Source: Eledone cirrhosa (taxonomy: Eukaryota). From it: 64,000 nucleotides of DNA. A program made the position numbers and the translations under genes. Position 1 is the stretch's first letter; every line of letters begins with the position of its first letter. The stretch covers positions 260,462,001 through 260,526,000 of the forward strand of contig OZ024741.1 in NCBI GenBank assembly GCA_964016885.1, read 5' to 3'. The notes under the pieces were generated by a model. The model ran no database searches. It was not told where the DNA came from and was given only the letters and a program-made list of their open reading frames with translations. Shown in pieces: positions 26,035 to 40,171 of the stretch.

Positions 26035-29000
26035 GGTGTTTTGACTTACGAGTGTTTCGATACGAGTGTTTCGACTTACGAGTGTTCTGACTTACGAGTG
26101 TTTTGACTTACGAGTGTTCTGATTTACGGAAGTTTCGACATACGAGTGTTTCGATTACGAGTGTTTCGACTTATGAGTGTTTCGACTTACGAGTGTTTCG
26201 GCTTATGAGTGTTTCGACTTACGAGTGCTTCGGCTTACGAGTGTTTCGACTTACGAGTATTTCGGCTTACGAGTGTTTCGACGTACGAATGTTTTGGCTT
26301 ACGAGTGTTTCGGCTTATGAGTGTTTCGGCTTACGAGTGTTTCGACTTACGAGTGTTTCGGCTTACGAGTGTTTCAGTGTTTCGGCTTACGTGTGTTTCG
26401 ACTTACGAGTGTTTCGACTTACGACTGTTTCGGCTTACTAGTGTATCGGCTTACGAGTGTTTCGGCTTACGAGTGTTTTGACTTACGAGTGTTTTGACTT
26501 ACGATTGTTTGGCTTACGAGTGTTCTGACTTACGGGTGTTCTGACTTACGAGTGTTCCGACTTACGAGTGTTTCGGCTTATGAGGGTTTCGACTTACGAG
26601 TGCTTCGGCTTACGAGTGTTTCGACTTACGAGTGTTTCGACTTACGAGTGTTTTGACTTACGGAATTTCGGCTTACGAGTGTTTCGACTTACGAGTGTTT
26701 TGACGTACGGATGTTTCGACTTACGGGTCTTTCGACTTGCGAGTGTTTCGGCTTGCGAGTGTTTCGGCTTATGAGGGTTTCGACTTACGAGTGCTTCGGC
26801 TTACGAGTGTTCTGACTTACGGGTGTTCTGACTTACGAGTGTTCCGACTTACGAGTGTTTCGGCTTATGAGGGTTTCGACTTACGAGTGCTTCGGCTTAC
26901 GAGTGTTTCGACTTACGAGTGTTATGACTTACGGGTGTTTTGACATACGAGTGTTTCGACTTACGAGTGTTTTGACTTACGGGTGTTTTGACATACGAGT
27001 GTTTCGATACGAGTGTTCTGACTTACGAGTGTTCTGACTTACGAGTGTTTCGACATACGAGTGTTTTGGCTTACGGGTGTTTCGACTTACGAGTGTTTTG
27101 ACTTACGAGTGTTTCGGCTTACGAGTGTTTCGACTTACTAATGTTTTTACTTACGAGTGTTTCGGCGTACGAGAGTTTTGACTTACGAGTGTTTCGACTT
27201 ACGAGTGTTTCGACTTACGAGTGTTTCGACTTACGAGTATTTTGACTTACGAATGTTTTGACTTACGGGTGTTTCGGCTTACGAGTGTTTCGACTTACGA
27301 GTGTTTCGGCTTACGAGTGATTCGACTTACTAATGTTTTTACTTACGAGTGTTTCGGCGTACGAGAGTTTTGACTTACGAGTGTTTCGACTTACGAGTGT
27401 TTCGACTTACGAGTATTTTGACTTACGAATGTTTTGACTTACGGGTGTTTCGGCTTACGAGTGTTTCGACTTACGAGTCTTTCGGCTTACGAGTGTTTTG
27501 ACTTACGAGTGTTTTGACTTAAGGGTGTTTCGACTTACGAGTATTTTTGGCTTACGAGTGTTTCGACTTACGAGTGTTTTGACTTACGAGTGTTCTGATT
27601 TACGGATGTTTCGACATACGAGTGTTTCGACTTACGAGTGTTTCGACTTATGAGTGTTTCGACTTACGATTGTTTCGACTTACGAGTGTTTCGGCTTATG
27701 ATTGTTTCGACTTACGAGTGTTTTGACTTACGGTGTTTCAGCTTACGAGTGTTTCGACTTACGAGTGTTTTGACTTACGGGTGTTTTGACATACGAGTGT
27801 TTCGATACGAGTGTTCTGACTTACGAGTGTTCTGACTTACGAGTGTTTTGACTTACGAGTGTTCTGACTTACGAGTGTTCCGACTTACGAGTGTTCCGAC
27901 TTACGAGTGTTTCGGCTTACGAGTGTTTCCGGCTTACGAGTGTTTCGACTTACGAGTGTTTTGACTTACGGTGTTTCGGCTTACGAGTGATTCGACTTAC
28001 GAGTGTTTTGACTTACGGGTGTTTTGACTTACGGGTGTTGTGAATTACGAGTGTTCCGATTTACGAGTGTTTTGACTTACGGTGTTTCGGCTTACGATTG
28101 ATTCGACTTACGAATGTTTTGACTTACGGGTGTTTCGGCTTGCGAGTGTTTCGACTTACGAGTGTTTCGGCTTATGAGTGTTTCGACTTACTAATGTTTT
28201 TACTTACGAGTGTTCTGACTTACGAGTGTTCCGAATTACGAGTGTTCCGACTTACGAGTGTTTCGGCTTACGAGTGTTTCCGGCTTACGAGTGTTTCGAC
28301 TTACGAGTGTTTCGACTTACGAGTGTTTTGACTTACGGTGTTTCGACTTACGAGTGATTCGACTTACGAGTGTTTTGACTTACGGGTGTTTTGACTTACG
28401 GGTGTTGTGAATTACCAGTGTTCCGATTTACGAGTGTTTTGACTTACGGTGTTTCGGCTTACGAGTGATTCGACTTACGAATGTTTTGACTTACGGGTGT
28501 TTCGGCTTGCTAGTGTTTCGACTTACAAGTGTTTCGGCTTATGAGTGTTTTGACTTACTACTGTTTTTACTTACGAGTGTTTCGGCGTACGAGTGTTTTG
28601 ACTTACGAGTGTTTCGACTTACGAGTGTTTCGACTTACGAGTGTTTCGGCTTACGTGAGTTTCGACTTAAGAGTGTTCTGATTTACGAGTGTTCTGACTT
28701 GCGGGTGTTCTGATTTACGAGTGCTCAGACTTACGAGTGTTTCGTCTTATGAGTGTTTCGACTTACGAGTGTTTCGGCTTACGAGTGTTTAGACTTACGA
28801 GTGTTTCGACTTACGAGTGTTTTGAATTACGGGTGTTTTGACATACGAGTGTTCTGATTTACGGATGTTTCGACATACGAGTGTTTCGACTTACGAGTAT
28901 TTCGGCTTATGAGTGTTTCGACTTACGACTGTTTCGACTTACGAGTGTTTCGGCTTACGAGTGTTTCGACTTACGAGTGTTTTGACTTACGGGTGTTTTG

Positions 29001-30690
29001 ACATACGAGTGTTTCGATACGAGTGTTCTGACTTACGAGTGTTCTGACTTACGAGTGTTTTGACTCACGAGTGTTCCGACTTACGAGTGTTCCGACTTAC
29101 GAGTGTTTCGGCTTACGAGTGTTTCCGGCTTACGATTGTTTCGACTTACGAGTGTTTTGACTTACGGTGTTTCGGCTTACGAGTGATTCGACTTACGAGT
29201 GTTTCGACTTACGAATGTTTCGGCTTACGAGTGTTTCGGCTTACGAGTGTTCCGACTTAGGAGTGTTTCGGCTTACGAGTGTTTCCGGCTTACGAGTGTT
29301 TCGACTTACGAGTGTTTCGACTTTCGAGTGTTTTGACTTACGGTGTTTCGGCTTACGAGTGATTCGACTTACGAGTGTTTTGACTTACGGGTGTTTTGAC
29401 TTACGGGTGTTGTGAATTACCAGTGTTCCGATTTACGAGTGTTTTGACTTACGGTGTTTCGCCTTGCGAGTGTTTCGACTTACGAGTGTTTCGGCTTATG
29501 AGTGTTTCGACTTACTAATGTTTTTACTTACGAGTGTTTCGGCGTTCGAGTGTTTTGACTTACGAGTGTTTCGACTTACGAGTGTTTTGACTTACGAATG
29601 TTTTGACTTACGGGTGTTTCGGCTTACGGGTGTTTCGACTTACGAGTGTTTCGACTTACGAGTGTTCTGACTTACGAGTGTTCTGACTTACGAGTGTTCT
29701 GACTTAAGAGTGTTCCGACTTACGAGTGTTTCGGTTTACGAGTGTTTCGACATACGAGTGTTTTGACTTACGGGTGTTTCGACTTACGGGTGTTTCGACT
29801 TACGAGTGTTTCGGCTTACGAGAGTTTCGACTTACTAATGTTTTTACTTACGAGTGTTTCGGTGTACGAATGTTTTGACTTAAGGATGTTTCGACTTACG
29901 AGTGTTTCGACTTACGAGTGTTTCGGCTTACGTGAGTTTCGACTTAAGAGTGTTCTGATTTACGAGTGTTCTGACTTGCGGGTGTTCTGATTTACGAGTG
30001 TTCCGACTTACGAGTGTTTCGGCTTATGAGTGTTTCGACTTACGAGTGTTTCGGCTTACGAGTGTTTCGACTTATGGGTGTTTCGACTTACGAGTGTTTT
30101 TACTTACGGTGTTTCGGCTTACGAGTGTTTCGACATACGAGTGTTTCGACTTACGGGTGTTTCGGCTTACGAGTGTTTCGACTTACTAATGTTTTTACTT
30201 ACGAGTGTTTCGGCGTACGAGAGTTTTGACTTACGAGTGTTTCGACTTACGAGTGTTTTGACTTACGAATGTTTTGACTTACGGGTGTTTCGGCTTATGA
30301 GTGTTTCGATTTACGAGTCTTTCGGTTTACGAGTGTTTCGACTTACTAATGTTTTTACTTACGAGTGTTTCGGCGTACGAGTGTTTCGACTTACGAGTGT
30401 TTCGACTTACGGGTGTTTTGACTTACGGGTGTTTCGGCTTACGAGTGTTTCGAATTACGAGTGTTTTGACATAAGGGTGTTTCGACTTACGAGTATTTTT
30501 GGCTTACGAGTGTTTCGACTTACGAGTGTTTCGACTTACGAGTGTTTCGGCTTACGATTGTTTCGACTTACGAGTGTTTCGGCTTACGAGTGTTTCAGTG
30601 TTTCGGCTTACGTGTGTTTCGACTTACGAGTGTTTCGACTTACGACTGTTTCGGCTTACGAGTGTTTCGGCTTACGAGTGTTTCGGCTTA

Positions 30691-31505
30691 TATATAAACG
30701 TTTCTATTTCCATCGTTTTATCGTAAACGTTTATATATTTCCATCGTTATATCATAACGTTTATATTTCCGTCACTAATCTCTTTTTCTCCTTTTCCGTT
30801 TTAATATATATTTATTTCAAATATTTCACCGTATAGATAACATATATATTTATACATGCATAAAAGACACACCGAGAGACGGTGAAAACGTGGTGCCAAA
30901 AACATTTCTCATCCAAATCTCAACAATATCAGTATATACACTAGATTTGCTAGCAGAAAACCGCCCACCGGGTGGTTTTCTGCTATTCTATATATATAAA
31001 ACTGAGGATGTCTGTCTGTGTGTGAGTTTGAATCCCTAAAACTCGAGAACCACCCAACCGACTGTTTTCAAACTTTACACATGTAATAATTATGTTTCAG
31101 GGAGTGTTCTGAGCAAAGAATATTTCAAATTTTCAATGCCGTAGGGACCACATTAGGCGATTTAGCGATCTCTCTCTATAATTCTTAGTCTTTCTCTTTT
31201 TAGATAGAATTTTCAATGTCGTAGGGACCACATTAGGCGATTTAGCGATCTCTCTCTATAATTCTTAGTCTTTCTCTTTTTAGATAGATACATACATATG
31301 ACGTCGTGCCCTTATAATATCTGTCTGTATGTCTGGCTGTCTGCATTACGTCACTTCCCTGAGGATGTCTGTGTGTGTGTGTGTCTGTGAGTTTGAATCC
31401 TTAAAATGCGAGAAGTACCCAACCGATTTTTTTCAAACTTTACATGTGTATTACTTATGTTTCAGGGAGTGTTTGTTATGCACATAAAATTCAACCTTTT
31501 GATCT
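30691..31505 (+). mobile_element. 815-bp Helitron-like cassette, copy 3
   Basis: Near-identical copy, private variant GAAAACGTGG. Confidence 0.6.
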
Positions 31506-33520
31506 GGTGTTTTGACTTACGAGTGTTTCGATACGAGTGTTTCGACTTACGAGTGTTCTGACTTACGAGTGTTTTGACTTACGAGTGTTCTGATTTACGG
31601 AAGTTTCGACATACGAGTGTTTCGATTACGAGTGTTTCGACTTATGAGTGTTTCGACTTACGAGTGTTTCGGCTTATGAGTGTTTCGACTTACGAGTGCT
31701 TCGGCTTACGAGTGTTTCGACTTACGAGTATTTCGGCTTACGAGTGTTTCGACGTACGAATGTTTTGGCTTACGAGTGTTTCGGCTTATGAGTGTTTCGG
31801 CTTACGAGTGTTTCGACTTACGAGTGTTTCGGCTTACGAGTGTTTCAGTGTTTCGGCTTACGTGTGTTTCGACTTACGAGTGTTTCGACTTACGACTGTT
31901 TCGGCTTACGAGTGTATCGGCTTACGAGTGTTTCGGCTTACGAGTGTTTTGACTTACGAGTGTTTTGACTTACGATTGTTTGGCTTACGAGTGTTCTGAC
32001 TTACGGGTGTTCTGACTTACGAGTGTTCCGACTTACGAGTGTTTCGGCTTATGAGGGTTTCGACTTACGAGTGCTTCGGCTTACGAGTGTTTCGACTTAC
32101 GAGTGTTTCGACTTACGAGTGTTTTGACTTACGGAATTTCGGCTTACGAGTGTTTCGACTTACGAGTGTTTTGACGTACGGATGTTTCGACTTACGGGTC
32201 TTTCGACTTGCGAGTGTTTCGGCTTGCGAGTGTTTCGGCTTATGAGGGTTTCGACTTACGAGTGCTTCGGCTTACGAGTGTTTCGACTTACGAGTGTTAT
32301 GACTTACGGGTGTTTTGACATACGAGTGTTTCGACTTACGAGTGTTTTGACTTACGGGTGTTTTGACATACGAGTGTTTCGATACGAGTGTTCTGACTTA
32401 CGAGTGTTCTGACTTACGAGTGTTTCGACATACGAGTGTTTTGGCTTACGGGTGTTTCGACTTACGAGTGTTTTGACTTACGAATGTTTTGACTTACGGG
32501 TGTTTCGGCTTACGAGTGTTTCGACTTACGAGTGTTTCGGCTTACGAGTGTTTCGACTTACTAATGTTTTTACTTACGAGTGTTTCGGCGTACGAGAGTT
32601 TTGACTTACGAGTGTTTCGACTTACGAGTGTTTCGACTTACGAGTATTTTGACTTACGAATGTTTTGACTTACGGGTGTTTCGGCTTACGAGTGTTTCGA
32701 CTTACGAGTGTTTCGGCTTACGAGTGATTCGACTTACTAATGTTTTTACTTACGAGTGTTTCGGCGTACGAGAGTTTTGACTTACGAGTGTTTCGACTTA
32801 CGAGTGTTTCGACTTACGAGTATTTTGACTTACGAATGTTTTGACTTACGGGTGTTTCGGCTTACGAGTGTTTCGACTTACGAGTCTTTCGGCTTACGAG
32901 TGTTTTGACTTACGAGTGTTTTGACTTAAGGGTGTTTCGACTTACGAGTATTTTTGGCTTACGAGTGTTTCGACTTACGAGTGTTTTGACTTACGAGTGT
33001 TCTGATTTACGGATGTTTCGACATACGAGTGTTTCGACTTATGAGTGTTTCGACTTACGATTGTTTCGACTTACGAGTGTTTTGACTTACGGTGTTTCAG
33101 CTTACGAGTGTTTCGACTTACGAGTGTTTTGACTTACGGGTGTTTTGACATACGAGTGTTTCGGTGTTTCGGCTTACCTGTGTTTCGACTTACGAGTGTT
33201 TAGACTTACGAGTGTTTCGGCTTATGAGTGTTTCGACTTACGAGTGCTTCGGCTTACGAGTGTTTCGACTTACGAGTATTTCGGCTTACGAGTGTTTCGA
33301 CGTACGAATGTTTTGGCTTACGAGTGTTTCGGCTTATAAGTTTTTCGACTTACGAGTGTTTCGACTTACGAGTGTTTCGGCTTACGAGTGTTTCGACTTA
33401 CGAGTGTTTCGGCTTACGAGTGTTTCAGTGTTTCGGCTTACGTGTGTTTCGACTTACGAGTGTTTCGACTTACGACTGTTTCGGCTTACGAGTGTTTCGG
33501 CTTACGAGTGTTTCGGCTTA

Positions 33521-34335
33521 TATATAAACGTTTCTATTTCCATCGTTTTATCGTAAACGTTTATATATTTCCATCGTTATATCATAACGTTTATATTTCC
33601 GTCACTAATCTCTTTTTCTCCTTTTCCGTTTTAATATATATTTATTTCAAATATTTCACCGTATAGATAACATATATATTTATACATGCATAAAAGACAC
33701 ACCGAGAGACGGTGAAAATGTGGTGCCAAAAACATTTCTCATCCAAATCTCAACAATATCAGTATATACACTAGATTTGCTAGCAGAAAACCGCCCACCG
33801 GGTGGTTTTCTGCTATTCTATATATATAAAACTGAGGATGTCTGTCTGTGTGTGAGTTTGAATCCCTAAAACTCGAGAACCACCCAACCGACTGTTTTCA
33901 AACTTTACACATGTAATAATTATGTTTCAGGGAGTGTTCTGAGCAAAGAATATTTCAAATTTTCAATGCCGTAGGGACCACATTAGGCGATTTAGCGATC
34001 TCTCTCTATAATTCTTAGTCTTTCTCTTTTTAGATAGAATTTTCAATGTCGTAGGGACCACATTAGGCGATTTAGCGATCTCTCTCTATAATTCTTAGTC
34101 TTTCTCTTTTTAGATAGATACATACATATGACGTCGTGCCCTTATAATATCTGTCTGTATGTCTGGCTGTCTGCATTACGTCACTTCCCTGAGGATGTCT
34201 GTGTGTGTGTGTGTCTGTGAGTTTGAATCCTTAAAATGCGAGAAGTACCCAACCGATTTTTTTCAAACTTTACATGTGTATTACTTATGTTTCAGGGAGT
34301 GTTTGTTATGCACATAAAATTCAACCTTTTGATCT
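33521..34335 (+). mobile_element. 815-bp Helitron-like cassette, copy 4
   Basis: Near-identical copy. Confidence 0.6.
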
Positions 34336-36526
34336 GGTGTTTTGACTTACGAGTGTTTCGATACGAGTGTTTCGACTTACGAGTGTTCTGACTTACGAGT
34401 GTTTTGACTTACGAGTGTTCTGATCTACGGAAGTTTCGACATACGAGTGTTTCGATTACGAGTGTTTCGACTTATGAGTGTTTCGACTTACGAGTGTTTC
34501 GGCTTATGAGTGTTTCGACTTACGAGTGCTTCGGCTTACGAGTGTTTCGACTTACGAGTATTTCGGCTTACGAGTGTTTCGACGTACGAATGTTTTGGCT
34601 TACGAGTGTTTCGGCTTATGAGTGTTTCGGCTTACGAGTGTTTCGACTTACGAGTGTTTCGGCTTACGAGTGTTTCAGTGTTTCGGCTTACGTGTGTTTC
34701 GACTTACGAGTGTTTCGACTTACGACTGTTTCGGCTTACGAGTGTATCGGCTTACGAGTGTTTCGGCTTACGAGTGTTTTGACTTACGAGTGTTTTGACT
34801 TACGATTGTTTGGCTTACGAGTGTTCTGACTTACGGGTGTTCTGACTTACGAGTGTTCCGACTTACGAGTGTTTCGGCTTATGAGGGTTTCGACTTACGA
34901 GTGCTTCGGCTTACGAGTGTTTCGACTTACGAGTGTTTCGACTTACGAGTGTTTTGACTTACGGAATTTCGGCTTACGAGTGTTTCGACTTACGAGTGTT
35001 TTGACGTACGGATGTTTCGACTTACGGGTCTTTCGACTTGCGAGTGTTTCGGCTTGCGAGTGTTTCGGCTTATGAGGGTTTCGACTTACGAGTGCTTCGG
35101 CTTACGAGTGTTTCGACTTACGAGTGTTATGACTTACGGGTGTTTTGACATACGAGTGTTTCGACTTACGAGTGTTTTGACTTACGGGTGTTTTGACATA
35201 CGAGTGTTTCGATACGAGTGTTCTGACTTACGAGTGTTCTGACTTACGAGTGTTTCGACATACGAGTGTTTTGGCTTACGGGTGTTTCGACTTACGAGTG
35301 TTTTGACTTACGAATGTTTTGACTTACGGGTGTTTCGGCTTACGAGTGTTTCGACTTACGAGTGTTTCGGCTTACGAGTGTTTCGACTTACTAATGTTTT
35401 TACTTACGAGTGTTTCGGCGTACGAGAGTTTTGACTTACGAGTGTTTCGACTTACGAGTGTTTCGACTTACGAGTATTTTGACTTACGAATGTTTTGACT
35501 TACGGGTGTTTCGGCTTACGAGTGTTTCGACTTACGAGTGTTTCGGCTTACGAGTGATTCGACTTACTAATGTTTTTACTTACGAGTGTTTCGGCGTACG
35601 AGAGTTTTGACTTACGAGTGTTTCGACTTACGAGTGTTTCGACTTACGAGTATTTTGACTTACGAATGTTTTGACTTACGGGTGTTTCGGCTTACGAGTG
35701 TTTCGACTTACGAGTGTTTCGGCTTACGAGTGATTCGACTTACTAATGTTTTTACTTACGAGTGTTTCGGCGTACGAGAGTTTTGACTTACGAGTGTTTC
35801 GACTTACGAGTGTTTCGACTTACGAGTATTTTGACTTACGAATGTTTTGACTTACGGGTGTTTCGGCTTACGAGTGTTTCGACTTACGAGTCTTTCGGCT
35901 TACGAGTGTTTTGACTTACGAGTGTTTTGACTTAAGGGTGTTTCGACTTACGAGTATTTTTGGCTTACGAGTGTTTCGACTTACGAGTGTTTTGACTTAC
36001 GAGTGTTCTGATTTACGGATGTTTCGACATACGAGTGTTTCGACTTATGAGTGTTTCGACTTACGATTGTTTCGACTTACGAGTGTTTTGACTTACGGTG
36101 TTTCAGCTTACGAGTGTTTCGACTTACGAGTGTTTTGACTTACGGGTGTTTTGACATACGAGTGTTTCGGTGTTTCGGCTTACCTGTGTTTCGACTTACG
36201 AGTGTTTAGACTTACGAGTGTTTCGGCTTATGAGTGTTTCGACTTACGAGTGCTTCGGCTTACGAGTGTTTCGACTTACGAGTATTTCGGCTTACGAGTG
36301 TTTCGACGTACGAATGTTTTGGCTTACGAGTGTTTCGGCTTATAAGTTTTTCGACTTACGAGTGTTTCGACTTACGAGTGTTTCGGCTTACGAGTGTTTC
36401 GACTTACGAGTGTTTCGGCTTACGAGTGTTTCAGTGTTTCGGCTTACGTGTGTTTCGACTTACGAGTGTTTCGACTTACGACTGTTTCGGCTTACGAGTG
36501 TTTCGGCTTACGAGTGTTTCGGCTTA

Positions 36527-37341
36527 TATATAAACGTTTCTATTTCCATCGTTTTATCGTAAACGTTTATATATTTCCATCGTTATATCATAACGTTTAT
36601 ATTTCCGTCACTAATCTCTTTTTCTCCTTTTCCGTTTTAATATATATTTATTTCAAATATTTCACCGTATAGATAACATATATATTTATACATGCATAAA
36701 AGACACACCGAGAGACGGTGAAAATGTGGTGCCAAAAACATTTCTCATCCAAATCTCAACAATATCAGTATATACACTAGATTTGCTAGCAGAAAACCGC
36801 CCACCGGGTGGTTTTCTGCTATTCTATATATATAAAACTGAGGATGTCTGTCTGTGTGTGAGTTTGAATCCCTAAAACTCGAGAACCACCCAACCGACTG
36901 TTTTCAAACTTTACACATGTAATAATTATGTTTCAGGGAGTGTTCTGAGCAAAGAATATTTCAAATTTTCAATGCCGTAGGGACCACATTAGGCGATTTA
37001 GCGATCTCTCTCTATAATTCTTAGTCTTTCTCTTTTTAGATAGAATTTTCAATGTCGTAGGGACCACATTAGGCGATTTAGCGATCTCTCTCTATAATTC
37101 TTAGTCTTTCTCTTTTTAGATAGATACATACATATGACGTCGTGCCCTTATAATATCTGTCTGTATGTCTGGCTGTCTGCATTACGTCACTTCCCTGAGG
37201 ATGTCTGTGTGTGTGTGTGTCTGTGAGTTTGAATCCTTAAAATGCGAGAAGTACCCAACCGATTTTTTTCAAACTTTACATGTGTATTACTTATGTTTCA
37301 GGGAGTGTTTGTTATGCACATAAAATTCAACCTTTTGATCT
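36527..37341 (+). mobile_element. 815-bp Helitron-like cassette, copy 5
   Basis: Near-identical copy. Confidence 0.6.
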
Positions 37342-39356
37342 GGTGTTTTGACTTACGAGTGTTTCGATACGAGTGTTTCGACTTACGAGTGTTCTGACTT
37401 ACGAGTGTTTTGACTTACGAGTGTTCTGATTTACGGAAGTTTCGACATACGAGTGTTTCGATTACGAGTGTTTCGACTTATGAGTGTTTCGACTTACGAG
37501 TGTTTCGGCTTATGAGTGTTTCGACTTACGAGTGCTTCGGCTTACGAGTGTTTCGACTTACGAGTATTTCGGCTTACGAGTGTTTCGACGTACGAATGTT
37601 TTGGCTTACGAGTGTTTCGGCTTATGAGTGTTTCGGCTTACGAGTGTTTCGACTTACGAGTGTTTCGGCTTACGAGTGTTTCAGTGTTTCGGCTTACGTG
37701 TGTTTCGACTTACGAGTGTTTCGACTTACGACTGTTTCGGCTTACGAGTGTATCGGCTTACGAGTGTTTCGGCTTACGAGTGTTTTGACTTACGAGTGTT
37801 TTGACTTACGATTGTTTGGCTTACGAGTGTTCTGACTTACGGGTGTTCTGACTTACGAGTGTTCCGACTTACGAGTGTTTCGGCTTATGAGGGTTTCGAC
37901 TTACGAGTGCTTCGGCTTACGAGTGTTTCGACTTACGAGTGTTTCGACTTACGAGTGTTTTGACTTACGGAATTTCGGCTTACGAGTGTTTCGACTTACG
38001 AGTGTTTTGACGTACGGATGTTTCGACTTACGGGTCTTTCGACTTGCGAGTGTTTCGGCTTGCGAGTGTTTCGGCTTATGAGGGTTTCGACTTACGAGTG
38101 CTTCGGCTTACGAGTGTTTCGACTTACGAGTGTTATGACTTACGGGTGTTTTGACATACGAGTGTTTCGACTTACGAGTGTTTTGACTTACGGGTGTTTT
38201 GACATACGAGTGTTTCGATACGAGTGTTCTGACTTACGAGTGTTCTGACTTACGAGTGTTTCGACATACGAGTGTTTTGGCTTACGGGTGTTTCGACTTA
38301 CGAGTGTTTTGACTTACGAATGTTTTGACTTACGGGTGTTTCGGCTTACGAGTGTTTCGACTTACGAGTGTTTCGGCTTACGAGTGTTTCGACTTACTAA
38401 TGTTTTTACTTACGAGTGTTTCGGCGTACGAGAGTTTTGACTTACGAGTGTTTCGACTTACGAGTGTTTCGACTTACGAGTATTTTGACTTACGAATGTT
38501 TTGACTTACGGGTGTTTCGGCTTACGAGTGTTTCGACTTACGAGTGTTTCGGCTTACGAGTGATTCGACTTACTAATGTTTTTACTTACGAGTGTTTCGG
38601 CGTACGAGAGTTTTGACTTACGAGTGTTTCGACTTACGAGTGTTTCGACTTACGAGTATTTTGACTTACGAATGTTTTGACTTACGGGTGTTTCGGCTTA
38701 CGAGTGTTTCGACTTACGAGTCTTTCGGCTTACGAGTGTTTTGACTTACGAGTGTTTTGACTTAAGGGTGTTTCGACTTACGAGTATTTTTGGCTTACGA
38801 GTGTTTCGACTTACGAGTGTTTTGACTTACGAGTGTTCTGATTTACGGATGTTTCGACATACGAGTGTTTCGACTTATGAGTGTTTCGACTTACGATTGT
38901 TTCGACTTACGAGTGTTTTGACTTACGGTGTTTCAGCTTACGAGTGTTTCGACTTACGAGTGTTTTGACTTACGGGTGTTTTGACATACGAGTGTTTCGG
39001 TGTTTCGGCTTACCTGTGTTTCGACTTACGAGTGTTTCGACTTACGAGTGTTTCGGCTTATGAGTGTTTCGACTTACGAGTGCTTCGGCTTACGAGTGTT
39101 TCGACTTACGAGTATTTCGGCTTACGAGTGTTTCGACGTACGAATGTTTTGGCTTACGAGTGTTTCGGCTTATAAGTTTTTCGACTTACGAGTGTTTCGA
39201 CTTACGAGTGTTTCGGCTTACGAGTGTTTCGACTTACGAGTGTTTCGGCTTACGAGTGTTTCAGTGTTTCGGCTTACGTGTGTTTCGACTTACGAGTGTT
39301 TCGACTTACGACTGTTTCGGCTTACGAGTGTTTCGGCTTACGAGTGTTTCGGCTTA

Positions 39357-40171
39357 TATATAAACGTTTCTATTTCCATCGTTTTATCGTAAACGTTTAT
39401 ATATTTCCATCGTTATATCATAACGTTTATATTTCCGTCACTAATCTCTTTTTCTCCTTTTCCGTTTTAATATATATTTATTTCAAATATTTCACCGTAT
39501 AGATAACATATATATTTATACATGCATAAAAGACACACCGAGAGACGGTGAAAATGTGGTGCCAAAAACATTTCTCATCCAAATCTCAACAATATCAGTA
39601 TATACACTAGATTTGCTAGCAGAAAACCGCCCACCGGGTGGTTTTCTGCTATTCTATATATATAAAACTGAGGATGTCTGTCTGTGTGTGAGTTTGAATC
39701 CCTAAAACTCGAGAACCACCCAACCGACTGTTTTCAAACTTTACACATGTAATAATTATGTTTCAGGGAGTGTTCTGAGCAAAGAATATTTCAAATTTTC
39801 AATGCCGTAGGGACCACATTAGGCGATTTAGCGATCTCTCTCTATAATTCTTAGTCTTTCTCTTTTTAGATAGAATTTTCAATGTCGTAGGGACCACATT
39901 AGGCGATTTAGCGATCTCTCTCTATAATTCTTAGTCTTTCTCTTTTTAGATAGATACATACATATGACGTCGTGCCCTTATAATATCTGTCTGTATGTCT
40001 GGCTGTCTGCATTACGTCACTTCCCTGAGGATGTCTGTGTGTGTGTGTGTCTGTGAGTTTGAATCCTTAAAATGCGAGAAGTACCCAACCGATTTTTTTC
40101 AAACTTTACATGTGTATTACTTATGTTTCAGGGAGTGTTTGTTATGCACATAAAATTCAACCTTTTGATCT
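39357..40171 (+). mobile_element. 815-bp Helitron-like cassette, copy 6
   Basis: Near-identical copy. Confidence 0.6.

Larger units (their letters stand above)
21630..27040 (+). repeat. Higher-order repeat, ~2 copies of a 2746-bp unit containing both the 70-bp spacer and the 815-bp cassette
   Basis: Landmarks offset by 2746: 21761/24507, 22474/25220, 23357/26103. Boundaries approximate. Confidence 0.9.
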
